Shown piece by piece: positions 1 through 9,202 of a DNA stretch of 64,000 nt (positions within the stretch are counted from its first letter, which is position 1; each line of letters begins with the position of its first letter). The stretch comes from Rhodospirillales bacterium. GTDB lineage: Bacteria; Pseudomonadota; Alphaproteobacteria; Rhodospirillales; UBA2165. A program made the position numbers and the translations under genes. The stretch covers positions 19,995 through 83,994 of the forward strand of contig DUBF01000092.1 of NCBI GenBank assembly GCA_012960465.1. The letters are read 5' to 3'. The notes under the pieces are model-generated. The model was not told where the DNA came from and searched no databases. It saw nothing but the letters and a program-made list of their open reading frames with translations.

Positions 1-1027
1 TAAATACAATTCGTGTCCGTTTATCGTCACTGGGCCATTTATCCATCCAGTCTATAGAATGAAAAATTTGTTGAGCTCCTTGGATGACTGCAGGTTGATC
101 TGGACGTTCGTGAACATGGATTATGCCTTTAACTCTAAGTAAATCTGGGCCAGCTTCTTTGGTAAGACCTTCCAGGAACATACTTAGAGTATTCAATGAT
201 ATTGGGTTTTCTTTGACTATGACAAATGAGTTAATACTGGGATCATGATGGTGGTCAACTTCGGCAGGCGAGTGACCATATTTTTCATAATAAGCTAAGG
301 CCTCTTTATCTGGTATAGCTAAGGCGGTTCCGGCGGGTTCTGAAACCTCCTGGTTTTCATAGGCATCTGCTTGTAACCAGTTTTCAAAATCGAGTGCTTT
401 TGTTGTAGGATCAAAAATTCCAGTACCGAATAAATCGGAAGGATTGGCGTCTTGTGTCGTGGTTGCAATTATTGGTGCAGCCGGATTAAGGACACGCAGG
501 CGTTTTTCCAATATTTTAATTTGTTTATCATTTTCTACCATATCGATTTTGGTAATGATCAATCTATCCGCTATTGCTGCTTGTTTTACGCATTCGGGGA
601 ACCGGTCCAATGATGAGACACCATTAATTGTGTCAACTGTTGTAACGACCCCATCCAAGGCAAAATGATTAAATATCATTGGGTTCGTAAGGATAATTTG
701 GAGAACAGGGGCCGGGTCTGCAATACCGGTAGTTTCAATGATAACTCGGTCAAAGAATGGGATTGTACCAGCATTACGCTGGATATAGAGATCGCGGAAA
801 GTATCTATTAAATCACTTTTAACCGTACAACACAGGCATCCATTAGCTAATTGAATAACATTTTCATCGGAGCGCTCAACAAGGTCATAGTCGAGCCCAA
901 TTTCACCAAACTCGTTGACGATTATAGCTGCTTGAGACATATCCGGATGTTCAAGTAGAGTATTTAGAAGCGTCGTCTTACCACTACCTAAAAATCCTGT
1001 GATCAGAGTGACCCAAATCTTGTCCAT
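1..1027 (-). CDS. COG0523 / CobW-family G3E GTPase (putative metallochaperone); C-terminal end runs off the window start
   Basis: Not in the ORF track because no stop lies inside the window. Hand translation of the minus strand from ATG 1027-1025 gives MDKIWVTLITGFLGSGKTTLLN (Walker A), QLANGCLCCT (CxCC metal motif), AEVDHHHDP (His-rich stretch) and ...WPSDDKRTRIVF at the edge. Segments checked at 1-40, 300-360, 660-720, 830-850 and 960-1027 share one open frame. The gene starts 21 nt downstream of the stop of the M24 gene. Confidence 0.85.
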   Translation of the reverse strand, partial: MDKIWVTLITGFLGSGKTTLLNTLLEHPDMSQAAIIVNEFGEIGLDYDLVERSDENVIQLANGCLCCTVKSDLIDTFRDLYIQRNAGTIPFFDRVIIETTGIADPAPVLQIILTNPMIFNHFALDGVVTTVDTINGVSSLDRFPECVKQAAIADRLIITKIDMVENDKQIKILEKRLRVLNPAAPIIATTTQDANPSDLFGTGIFDPTTKALDFENWLQADAYENQEVSEPAGTALAIPDKEALAYYEKYGHSPAEVDHHHDPSINSFVIVKENPISLNTLSMFLEGLTKEAGPDLLRVKGIIHVHERPDQPAVIQGAQQIFHSIDWMDKWPSDDKRTRIVF

Positions 1028-1048
1028 ATTATTATCTCGACGCTGTGC

Positions 1049-2302
1049 CTAATAGATTTCACAGCCGGGAAGGCCGCATGAAATTAAATGATCGCTTGGG
1101 AAGTTAGTTATTATATCGCAACCGTTATCGGTCACTACAACTTCCTCTTCGATCCTTGCCGCACCAGAGCCATCTGATGCCCCTTTCCAACACTCGACAG
1201 CAAAAACCATACCTTTTTTCAAGGTTGTACCTTGTTCCATATATCTTCTTGAAATAATGGGGCGTTCCCAAAGGCTCAATCCGATGCCATGACCAAATTG
1301 TAATAAAAAGGCTTCATCTTCATTGGCATAACCAAATTCTTCTGCTTTTGGCCAAGCTCTGGAGACGTCATCGAGAAGAGCTCCAGGCTTAATAGCCTCA
1401 AGGGCTGAGTTTACCCATTGAGAACATTGTTCGTACGCGTCCTTCTGAGCCTGGTTAGGAATCCCACAAATAAATGTACGATAGTAGCATGTGTGATAGC
1501 CATTAAGACTATGCATTATGTCTAGGAAAATCATATCGCCAGGTTGTATCATTCTGTCGGAGAATGTGTGTGAATGTGGCGCACCACGAGGGCCAGCGAC
1601 TGAGTTAACACATTCAACGCGCTCTGAGCCCATCGCATAAAGTTGTTCGTTGGCGATTGCCACGAGATCGCTTTCACGGGCGCCCGGTCGGATAGCTTTA
1701 GCAATATCCAGATAAACACCATCGACCATTGCAGCTGCTTGTTTTAAAATTTCAATTTCTTCGTCGGTTTTTATTTCACGGGCATCCATTAGCGCTTGTT
1801 GACCATCTACTAATTGAACGCCTTCTGCTTCAAGGGCGCGCATCATGGGGAGTTCCATCACATCAATACCAATTGGCTCCTTTGCAATGCCCATATCAAT
1901 CAACTTTTCTTTGATTTGTTTGGCAAATACTTTTTCAATACCGAGGATTGGAGGAAGCGCACCTTGCATGGTTGAAACAGGGGCATCAACATTATTTCCC
2001 ATCCAAGGTGAGCTTTTACGCTTGGCAGGTGCGGCCGGATCCCACAAGAATGGACTACCTTCTTGGCCTAACAAACAATATCGATCAAATTTATCACGTC
2101 CCCATTCGCCAATATGTGTCGCGGTAATATAACGGATATTGTCGAAGTTAAAGCAAATTACGGCTGCTAGTCCCGCATCAATGATAGCTTGTCTAGCTCG
2201 TTCTGTGCGATCAACTACTAATTTACGGTAATCAACTCCGGCTTCCCAATCTTTAGCCTGAGTGCCCCAAGTAGCCGTTGAATGTGGTCGCGAGTAAAAC
2301 AT
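1049..2302 (-). CDS. M24-family (pita-bread fold) metallohydrolase, creatinase/prolidase/DddP-like
   Basis: 417-aa ORF with a creatinase_N-like N-terminal half (FNFDNIRYIT). The C-terminal half carries GDMIFLDI...GYH..YYRTF, HGIGLSLWERP, GMVFAVE and ARIEEEVVVT, which are typical M24 motifs. Confidence 0.8.
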   Translation of the reverse strand: MFYSRPHSTATWGTQAKDWEAGVDYRKLVVDRTERARQAIIDAGLAAVICFNFDNIRYITATHIGEWGRDKFDRYCLLGQEGSPFLWDPAAPAKRKSSPWMGNNVDAPVSTMQGALPPILGIEKVFAKQIKEKLIDMGIAKEPIGIDVMELPMMRALEAEGVQLVDGQQALMDAREIKTDEEIEILKQAAAMVDGVYLDIAKAIRPGARESDLVAIANEQLYAMGSERVECVNSVAGPRGAPHSHTFSDRMIQPGDMIFLDIMHSLNGYHTCYYRTFICGIPNQAQKDAYEQCSQWVNSALEAIKPGALLDDVSRAWPKAEEFGYANEDEAFLLQFGHGIGLSLWERPIISRRYMEQGTTLKKGMVFAVECWKGASDGSGAARIEEEVVVTDNGCDIITNFPSDHLISCGLPGCEIY

Positions 2303-2512
2303 TATGTTCTCCTTAGAATGGCATTTTGCATTTCATTAAGTGACAATAACTCTATAGAAAATAATTTGAAAAGCAAAATTAGCTCTATGAGGTAAATTGA
2401 TAGAACGGAATAAGGATTAGATAAACTGTTTATCTGTAAATAAACTAATTTTTAGCCCTTTTTGCCTCACTAGTTGACAAATTTCACTCTCTATGAAAAT
2501 ATCCTTAAAATC

Positions 2513-2530
2513 TATGCAAACGATTGCATA
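2513..2530. promoter_or_regulatory. LacI/GalR-type operator palindrome TATGCAAACGATTGCATA
   Basis: 7-bp arms TATGCAA/TTGCATA around a central ACGA. The core TGCAAACGATTGCA fits the TGnAAnCGnTTnCA pattern. It is the exact reverse complement of the 18-mer at 6988-7005. It lies 56 nt upstream of the E1-alpha start and downstream of a TTGACA at 2474-2479. Confidence 0.6.
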
Positions 2531-2585
2531 AAAATCGTCTACCTGCAAGTGACGATTTAATTAAATATCGGCGGGAGGCATTATA

Positions 2586-3626
2586 ATGGTAAAGAGAGCG
2601 ACGGTGAAAGGCAAAACACCGGCTTTGAAGGCTCGTTTGAATGATGATATTGGTGAAGAAAAACGCCTTACAATGTATCGCCTTCAATTAGAGGTACGCC
2701 ATTTAGAGCAACGTGCCCATGATCTCTTTTTTCAAAATTTGATAAAGGGGACAAGTCATTTAGCTATTGGGCAGGAAGCTATTGCTTCTGGATTTGGAGC
2801 TGCATTGCGTCCAGATGACTATACTTTTTGTACTTACCGCGGCCATGCGCATACATTAGTGCGAGGGACCTCCATGACGGGCATGCTTGGTGAGTTGATG
2901 GGTAAAGAATGTGGAATGTTAAAGGGTAAGGGAGGCTCTATGCATTTAACAGATGTTGAAAAAGGGGCAATGGGTTCCTATGCCATTATTGGGGCGCATT
3001 TACCTATTGCAGCGGGTGCCGCGTGGCAGGCTCAGTATAATAAAACGGGCCAGATAGCAGTTTGCTTTTTTGGTGATGGAACGACAAATATTGGCGCGTT
3101 TCATGAGGCGATTAACTTCGCGGTTATTTGGGATCTTCCAGTTGTATTTGTCTGTGAGAATAATCTTTATATGGAGTACACGCCAATAAGCGAAGTAACT
3201 GCCGTTCAGCATCCTGCAGCCGACCGTGCAAGCGCTTACGGTCTTCCTTCAATAATTGTTGATGGTAATGATGCAGATGCAGTTTATAGGGTTGCTATTA
3301 CCGCATTTGAGAAGGCTCGATCGGGTGGTGGGCCCTCTTTAATAGAAGCCAAAACTTACCGCCATTCAGGACATTCGCGCGCTGATCCAGCTTCTTATCG
3401 GCCCGAGGGAGAATTGGAGGAGTGGTTAAAAAAAGATCCAATTCCAATGTATCGTCAACGGTTACTAGATTTTGGTGTAAAAGAAAAAGTTGTTAACGGT
3501 ATAGAAGAGGCTGTAATTCAAGCAGTCGATGAAGCAACAGAGGCAGCCAAGGCTTCGCCTACGCCGCCCGTGGAATATGCTTTTGCCGATGTTTGGGCTG
3601 ACGGAGGTTCATCATGGCGGAATTAA
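2586..3626 (+). CDS. TPP-dependent 2-oxoacid (acetoin/pyruvate-type) dehydrogenase E1 alpha subunit
   Basis: TPP motif FFGDGTTNIGAFHEAINFAVIWDLPVVFVCENNLY (GDG-x-NN). SD GGGAGG at 2573-2578. The gene overlaps the E1-beta start by 13 nt. Confidence 0.85.
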   Translation: MVKRATVKGKTPALKARLNDDIGEEKRLTMYRLQLEVRHLEQRAHDLFFQNLIKGTSHLAIGQEAIASGFGAALRPDDYTFCTYRGHAHTLVRGTSMTGMLGELMGKECGMLKGKGGSMHLTDVEKGAMGSYAIIGAHLPIAAGAAWQAQYNKTGQIAVCFFGDGTTNIGAFHEAINFAVIWDLPVVFVCENNLYMEYTPISEVTAVQHPAADRASAYGLPSIIVDGNDADAVYRVAITAFEKARSGGGPSLIEAKTYRHSGHSRADPASYRPEGELEEWLKKDPIPMYRQRLLDFGVKEKVVNGIEEAVIQAVDEATEAAKASPTPPVEYAFADVWADGGSSWRN

Positions 3627-4591
3627 CTTATCGTGAGGCGGTTGCAGCAGCGATCGCTCAAGAAATGCGTCGAGATGAGAGTGTTGTTTTTCTAGGAGAG
3701 GATATTGCTAAAGCCGGTGGTGTTTTTAAAGCTACAGTTGGATTGTGGGAAGAATTTGGAGATTTACGCGTACGCGATACGCCAATTTCGGAACAAGCAA
3801 TCCTAGGCGCAGCGATGGGTGCTGCTATGACAGGTCTTAAGCCGATTGCAGAGATAATGTTTTCAGATTTTCTAGCCGTATGTTGGGACATTGTCTCTAA
3901 TCAGATTGCAAAATCTCGTTATATGACAGGTGGCCAAGTAGATATGCCTTTGGTAATTAGAACAGCTAATGGCGGTGGGGCTCGGTTTGGTGCTCAACAT
4001 TCACAGAGTGTTGAAAATTGGGCAATGATGATCCCAGGTATTAAAGTTGTCGCTCCTTCAACGCCGGCCGATGTGAAAGGGCTTTTGGCAGCAGCTATAC
4101 GCGATCCAGATCCAGTAATTTTCTTTGAGCAAAAATCCCTCTATGCTGTTAAAGGGGAAGTACCTGAAACTGAATATGTTGATGAAATTGGGAAAGCCAA
4201 AGTCCTTCGTGATGGCGATGATGTGACCATTTTGGCATTAGCGTTGATGGTGCCGCGTGCTCTGGAAGCTGCCGAGCGTCTCCAAGTTGAATTTGGTATT
4301 TCAGCGACCGTTGTCGATATTAGAAGTTTGGTGCCGCTGGATACACAGACAATTCTATCTGAAACAAAGAAGACAGGTCGGGTTGTTACAGTCGAGGAAA
4401 ACCCAAGACTTTGTGGTTGGGGCGCTGAAATTTCTTCAATTATTGTTGAAGAATGTTTCTATGATCTAGATATGCCGATAGTCCGGATAACGACGCCTCA
4501 TATTCCCCTGGCCTCGGCCGATGAGTTGGAGGACGCAATGATCCCATCTGTAGACCAAATCGTTGAAACCATTCGGCGGGAGGTTGATTGA
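3614..4591 (+). CDS. 2-oxoacid dehydrogenase E1 beta subunit (transketolase-like)
   Basis: 325 aa with DTPISEQAILGAAMGAAMTG and a C-terminal transketolase_C-like region. SD GGAGG at 3603-3607. Confidence 0.9.
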   Translation: MAELTYREAVAAAIAQEMRRDESVVFLGEDIAKAGGVFKATVGLWEEFGDLRVRDTPISEQAILGAAMGAAMTGLKPIAEIMFSDFLAVCWDIVSNQIAKSRYMTGGQVDMPLVIRTANGGGARFGAQHSQSVENWAMMIPGIKVVAPSTPADVKGLLAAAIRDPDPVIFFEQKSLYAVKGEVPETEYVDEIGKAKVLRDGDDVTILALALMVPRALEAAERLQVEFGISATVVDIRSLVPLDTQTILSETKKTGRVVTVEENPRLCGWGAEISSIIVEECFYDLDMPIVRITTPHIPLASADELEDAMIPSVDQIVETIRREVD

Positions 4592-5814
4592 TGGATGTGC
4601 TCATGCCGCAAATGGGTGAGACCGTGGCTGAAGGTACTTTAACGGTCTGGCACAAGAAAGTAGGCGAAACGGTGAAACCAAACGATATTTTGTTTGAAAT
4701 TGGAACAGATAAAGTTGAAATGGAAGTCCCAGCCCTGACAGATGGGGTGCTGACGGAAATACTTGTTCAAGCCGGTGAAACAGTTGTTGTTGGTGCGAAG
4801 CTTGGCGTGATCCAAGATGGAACTAATCTAACAGCTTCAACTGAACCAATACAGGATGTTACTGTAACAGAACAGCCTACTGCTGTCCCTCCGATCGGGC
4901 GTCCTAAACGTGACCGTTCCATGAAATTGTCGCCAGTGGTCCGCAAATTATTGTCAGATAACAACCTAAGTCATAAAAATATCCAAGGTACAGGTCGCGA
5001 TGGCCGAATTAAACGTGCCGATGTTTTGGCTTATTTAAAAATCGGGGTCTCTGCTGTTACACCACCAGTACCCTCGGAGGCGCTTGGTGCAATCTCAGGT
5101 GATGGAATTACGGTTGTCCCTTTCAGTTATCGCCGTAAAAAGACGGCAGAGCATATGGTACGGTCAAAAGCAACAAGCCCGCATGTTTTACAGGCGGTAG
5201 AGGTTGATTTCTCTGCCGTTGACAAGGCACGTCAGGCGATCGGTCCTGATTGGAAACGAAGAGAGGGTTATTCATTAACTTACTTACCTTTTATTGCGAA
5301 AGCCGTTTGCTCCGCAATGAAGGATTTTTCTCACATCAATGGGCACATTGAGAAGGATCACCTAGTTATTTATGATCGGGTTAATCTTGCAATGGCAATT
5401 GATTTGAACTTTGAAGGTTTGGTTGCCCCGGTTATTCTTGATGCAGATCTTAAAGCTGTGACAGAAATTGCCCGATCAATTAATGATTTAGCCCAACGTG
5501 CTCGGGCTGATAAACTCACTCCAGATGAGTTTGCAAATGCTACGTATACGATTTCAAATAATGGATCTTTTGGCACATTGATAACTGCGCCGATTATTAA
5601 TCAGCCGCAAATTGCTATTTTATCAACTGATGGAATTACGAAACGTCCGATGGTAATCGAACAAGACGGTGAGGATTTAATAGCAATTAGGCCCGTCGGT
5701 ATTTTGGCACAAAGCTTTGATCATCGTGCTATCGATGGTTCATATTCTGGAGCCTTCATGCGTAGACTGAAGGAAATTATTGAGAGCAAAAACTGGCTGG
5801 ATTCTATTAATTAG
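4591..5814 (+). CDS. Dihydrolipoamide acyltransferase E2 (one lipoyl domain, E3/E1-binding domain, catalytic domain)
   Basis: Lipoyl-lysine motif EIGTDKVEMEV, subunit-binding LSPVVRKLLSDNNL and catalytic SFDHRAIDG. I prefer ATG 4591 (TGATG overlap with the E1-beta stop, GGGAGG 7 nt upstream) over the track's TTG at 4588. Confidence 0.9.
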   Translation: MDVLMPQMGETVAEGTLTVWHKKVGETVKPNDILFEIGTDKVEMEVPALTDGVLTEILVQAGETVVVGAKLGVIQDGTNLTASTEPIQDVTVTEQPTAVPPIGRPKRDRSMKLSPVVRKLLSDNNLSHKNIQGTGRDGRIKRADVLAYLKIGVSAVTPPVPSEALGAISGDGITVVPFSYRRKKTAEHMVRSKATSPHVLQAVEVDFSAVDKARQAIGPDWKRREGYSLTYLPFIAKAVCSAMKDFSHINGHIEKDHLVIYDRVNLAMAIDLNFEGLVAPVILDADLKAVTEIARSINDLAQRARADKLTPDEFANATYTISNNGSFGTLITAPIINQPQIAILSTDGITKRPMVIEQDGEDLIAIRPVGILAQSFDHRAIDGSYSGAFMRRLKEIIESKNWLDSIN

Positions 5815-5907
5815 CATTTGTTTTTCCTCGGTGTGGGTTGAATGGTATTAATTAGAGAAAGAATACCGCCTTTATCAATTCATTAGAAAAGAATTGTAAT
5901 TGAAAAG

Positions 5908-6930
5908 TTATCTCACGGGGCCTGTGGAATTTCGAACAATTAAATCTGGCTTGAGTTTAATTGTTCGGGCAGGAATATTATTATCATTAATTTTATCAAT
6001 TAGAATACGAGCAGCCTCTGTTCCTATATTAACCATCGGAGTGTGAACTGTTGTAAGTGGCGGATTAAATTTATCTGCAAACGGCATATCGTCAAAACCA
6101 ACGATTGAGATATCTATACCACATTTTATACCGCGAGCTTCGAGTTCATCGTAAACGCCAAGAGCCATAATATCATTTCCAACATATACAGCCGTAATTT
6201 TTTTATCTAAAGCCAATAATTTACTTGCTGCGTTTCGCCCTTCTTCCTCCGAAAAGGTATCGCAAAAAACAGTAAGTTCTTGGTCTATATCAAGTCCAGC
6301 ATTCATCATACCTTGAAGAAACCCTTGATAACGTGCAAATCCGGTTGAAATAAATTGGGGGCCGGCAATATAAGCAATTTCTTTGTGACCTAAGTGGGCT
6401 AGGTGAGAAATCACCATATTACCTCCAATGAGTTCGTCACTTATAACGGAACACACGTTGATATTTTCAGATGCCCTCACTGCTTGAACAAAAGGGGTGC
6501 CCTCTCGGATACAGTCGTCAATTAATTCTTCCTTACGTTTAGCTGTGGCGATGATGAGGCCATCAACGTGGCGTTCTCTGAACTTTTCTAAAGTGCTTTT
6601 TTGTTTTTCCTCTAGATTATATGTGTTTGCGACTATTATGCTGTAGCCATGCGCTTCAAGCATATTATCGATACCTTTTATTATTAACGCGAAGGATGGA
6701 TTTGTCAGGTCTGGAACCATGACACCGACTGTATAGGATCGATTGGTTTTAAGACTTTGGGCAAAAGTGTTTGGTCGGTAACCCATCTCGGCCACTGTCG
6801 ATAATATTTTATTGGCAATTTCTTCGGTTACCATATCTTTGGTTGCTGGATTAAGAACGCGCGATACGGTAGACGAGTGAACCCCGACTTTGGAGGCGAC
6901 ATCTTTCAATGTGACGCGAGGTTTGGCCAT
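5908..6930 (-). CDS. LacI-family transcriptional regulator
   Basis: N-terminal HTH VTLKDVASKVGVHSSTVSRVLN followed by a periplasmic-binding-protein-like sugar-binding fold. 340 aa. Confidence 0.9.
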   Translation of the reverse strand: MAKPRVTLKDVASKVGVHSSTVSRVLNPATKDMVTEEIANKILSTVAEMGYRPNTFAQSLKTNRSYTVGVMVPDLTNPSFALIIKGIDNMLEAHGYSIIVANTYNLEEKQKSTLEKFRERHVDGLIIATAKRKEELIDDCIREGTPFVQAVRASENINVCSVISDELIGGNMVISHLAHLGHKEIAYIAGPQFISTGFARYQGFLQGMMNAGLDIDQELTVFCDTFSEEEGRNAASKLLALDKKITAVYVGNDIMALGVYDELEARGIKCGIDISIVGFDDMPFADKFNPPLTTVHTPMVNIGTEAARILIDKINDNNIPARTIKLKPDLIVRNSTGPVR

Positions 6931-6977
6931 GCGATAACGTCCTATAAAGACAAAGCGCTTTTCTTCTTTTATCGTAA

Positions 6978-6986
6978 TGCTATAAT
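6978..6986 (+). promoter_or_regulatory. Extended -10 promoter element TGcTATAAT
   Basis: TGCTATAAT read directly at 6978-6986. The operator palindrome begins 2 nt downstream and the dehydrogenase ATG is at 7029. Confidence 0.5.
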
Positions 6987-6987
6987 T

Positions 6988-7005
6988 TATGCAATCGTTT
7001 GCATA
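6988..7005. promoter_or_regulatory. LacI/GalR-type operator palindrome TATGCAATCGTTTGCATA
   Basis: Exact reverse complement of 2513-2530. It sits in the divergent region between the LacI-family gene (start 6930) and the dehydrogenase gene, immediately after the -10 box. Confidence 0.6.
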
Positions 7006-7028
7006 ATATTCATAGAAAGGACAGTGAT

Positions 7029-7964
7029 ATGGCTAATAACGACATAGAGGGAAAAACAATTGGTTGGATAGGAACTGGCCGTATGGGATATGCGATGGCA
7101 GAACGCTTATTAAAAGTTGGTGCTAAGTTATCAGCCTGGAACAGAACAAAGTCAAAAGCCGAGCCTCTGGCAAAATTGGGTGCTACGATTGTTGATAACC
7201 CCGCTGAATTAGCCGATCGTGATATTGTTTTTACTATGGTTGGTGGACCGGCTGATTTTATAGAAGTGACGAAAGGTGAAAATGGCGTTCTTTCTCAAAG
7301 TGGCCAGGCACCAGGTCTGTTGATCGATTGTACGTCGATTTCAGAAGAGGCGTCTCGTGAAGTGCGAGAGTTTGCAACCAGTGTTGGTACAGCAATGATT
7401 GATGCACCTGTAAGTGGAAATGCGAAGGTGGTTAAGGCTGGAAAGTTAAGTATTGTAGCTTCGGGCGCTCAGGATGCATTTGAAGAGGCCTTGCCATATC
7501 TCGATGCGATCGCCCAAGGGGTTAGTTATGTTGGTGAAGGGGAACTCGCCCGTATGGTTAAAATCTGCCACAACGTGTTTCTTGGTGTTGTTATTCAATC
7601 TTTGGCAGAGATTGCGGTGCTTGCAGAAAAAGGCGGTGTTCCAAGGCATGCCTTCATGGATTTTATTAATAAAAGTGTGATGGGCTCTATGTTTTCAACT
7701 TATAAAACACCTTCACTAGTCAATCTTGATTTCACGCCAACTTTCACACCTCTTTTGTTACGTAAAGATATGGAGCTCGGTTTGTCGGCTGCCCGTAAAT
7801 TAGATGTGCCCATGCCCGTGGCCTCCATGACAAAAGAAATAATTCAGAATTTAATAGGGCAAGGCTATACAGATTGTGATTTCGCGGCACTAATCGAAAT
7901 GCAGGCAAAAAATTCTGGCTACGAGATTAAATCAGAAGAAGTTGATGTTGGAACCGGTTTATAG
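7029..7964 (+). CDS. NAD(P)-dependent beta-hydroxyacid dehydrogenase (3-hydroxyisobutyrate / tartronate-semialdehyde reductase family)
   Basis: Rossmann motif IGWIGTGRMGYAMA and a 6PGD-like C-terminal helical domain. ATG 7029 with AAAGGA upstream is preferred over the track's TTG 6999, which lies inside the operator. Confidence 0.85.
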   Translation: MANNDIEGKTIGWIGTGRMGYAMAERLLKVGAKLSAWNRTKSKAEPLAKLGATIVDNPAELADRDIVFTMVGGPADFIEVTKGENGVLSQSGQAPGLLIDCTSISEEASREVREFATSVGTAMIDAPVSGNAKVVKAGKLSIVASGAQDAFEEALPYLDAIAQGVSYVGEGELARMVKICHNVFLGVVIQSLAEIAVLAEKGGVPRHAFMDFINKSVMGSMFSTYKTPSLVNLDFTPTFTPLLLRKDMELGLSAARKLDVPMPVASMTKEIIQNLIGQGYTDCDFAALIEMQAKNSGYEIKSEEVDVGTGL

Positions 7965-8089
7965 TTTTGCCATTAGCGCATTCTGCCACTGATAAATGCA
8001 TTCCGATAGAAATATGATCTAATCACTGGAATTAGGTCTATCTGATTTGGAAGTTCTGTAGATTATTCCAGCGAATTAAATATTTTGGC

Positions 8090-9070
8090 TCAAAGATTAA
8101 ATAGTTTTTCAGCGTTCGTGCCTTTGACTTTTGTTGCAATATCAGGCGCTAAAGCGTTGACGCGCTCTAGATTGCCTTTCATATCGCCAACATTATGTGG
8201 ATAATCAGATCCATATAGTAATCTTTCTGACCCTGAAACATGTAAGCATAGCTCAAGTGCTTCTTGAGTATAAGCGATCGAGTCAAAATAGAGACGTTCA
8301 AAATAGGTGCTTGGGCTTTCTGAAATAATTTCTCTGCATGGCGGCATATTATCAAATGCAGTATCAAGTCTTCCAACTAAATACGGTAAAGCCCCACCTG
8401 CGTGACAGGCTATGATTTTAACTTTCTTATAACGATCAAAAAAGCCACCATAAATCATTCTTGAAATCGCTAAAGTTGTGTCGAACATAAAGCCAACTGA
8501 AAATGCCAGGTTATATTTTTCCATGTCCATTTCAGCAACCCCAGGAGGTGCGCCGGGATGAATCAGAACAGGTAAATCACGACTGTCTATGGCATCCCAG
8601 ATAGGTGCAAAAGTCTGGTCCGTCAGCGACATTCCGGTTATACTCGCCGAAACAAACACTCCAGCGCAACCCTTCGTAATAGCACGCTCTAGTTCTATCA
8701 ATGCCTTTTCTGGGTATTGCCAAGGCAAAGTAGCGAACCAGCGGATACGATCTGGATAGTTAGACTGTTGGTCAGACATGTCATCATTCATCATTTGGGC
8801 CGTTGAGGTGCTAATTTTTTCGCCACCCCAATATACACTCGGGCAAGTGAGTGAAACGATTGATATATCTACTCCTGCTTTATCCATGTCTTTGATACGT
8901 TGTGCATAATCAAACATCGGATCCATGAGTGTCATAAAAGGAGCGTCGCCATAATGGATTACACGCTGACCACCAAGCTCTTTTAACGAATAATGTCCGC
9001 CATGTTCTAGAATTGTACTGAGCCAAAGATCGTTGAGCATATGTGTATGGACATCAATGACTGTAGACAT
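8090..9070 (-). CDS. Amidohydrolase_2 family enzyme (ACMSD / LigW / LigI-like decarboxylase or hydrolase)
   Basis: IDVHTHM (HxH), LIHPG, CHAGG and GSDYPH motifs. Strong SD GGGGAGG just upstream of ATG 9070. Confidence 0.8.
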   Translation of the reverse strand: MSTVIDVHTHMLNDLWLSTILEHGGHYSLKELGGQRVIHYGDAPFMTLMDPMFDYAQRIKDMDKAGVDISIVSLTCPSVYWGGEKISTSTAQMMNDDMSDQQSNYPDRIRWFATLPWQYPEKALIELERAITKGCAGVFVSASITGMSLTDQTFAPIWDAIDSRDLPVLIHPGAPPGVAEMDMEKYNLAFSVGFMFDTTLAISRMIYGGFFDRYKKVKIIACHAGGALPYLVGRLDTAFDNMPPCREIISESPSTYFERLYFDSIAYTQEALELCLHVSGSERLLYGSDYPHNVGDMKGNLERVNALAPDIATKVKGTNAEKLFNL

Positions 9071-9202
9071 TTAAACCTCCCCAATAATCTTATTTTTATT
9101 GTGTCTAAGATTATGTAGCTTCAATTAAGGTTCTGTAAATCTATTATTTTAACTCTACACAATTCTGATTTGACTTTTGCCAATAAAAAACCAATCTATT
9201 TA

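Noticed and set aside
444-668. 74-aa plus-strand ORF from the track.
   Set aside because: It is antisense to the continuous COG0523 GTPase frame, which explains the region completely. The peptide is low-complexity.
1049-2302. Calling the first M24 protein a DMSP lyase (DddP), which would be attractive for a marine bacterium.
   Set aside because: The resemblance is only general M24/creatinase_N-level similarity (NIRY, HG.GL, E..V.T motifs). By memory-based comparison the ligand-region sequence differs from DddP. Without a search or phylogeny the specific call is unsupported.
6999-7028. TTG start at 6999 given by the ORF track for the beta-hydroxyacid dehydrogenase.
   Set aside because: That codon lies inside the operator palindrome and immediately after the -10 box, so it is probably not even transcribed as coding leader. 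ATG 7029 has a proper AAAGGA SD and gives the normal distance to the GxGxxG motif.
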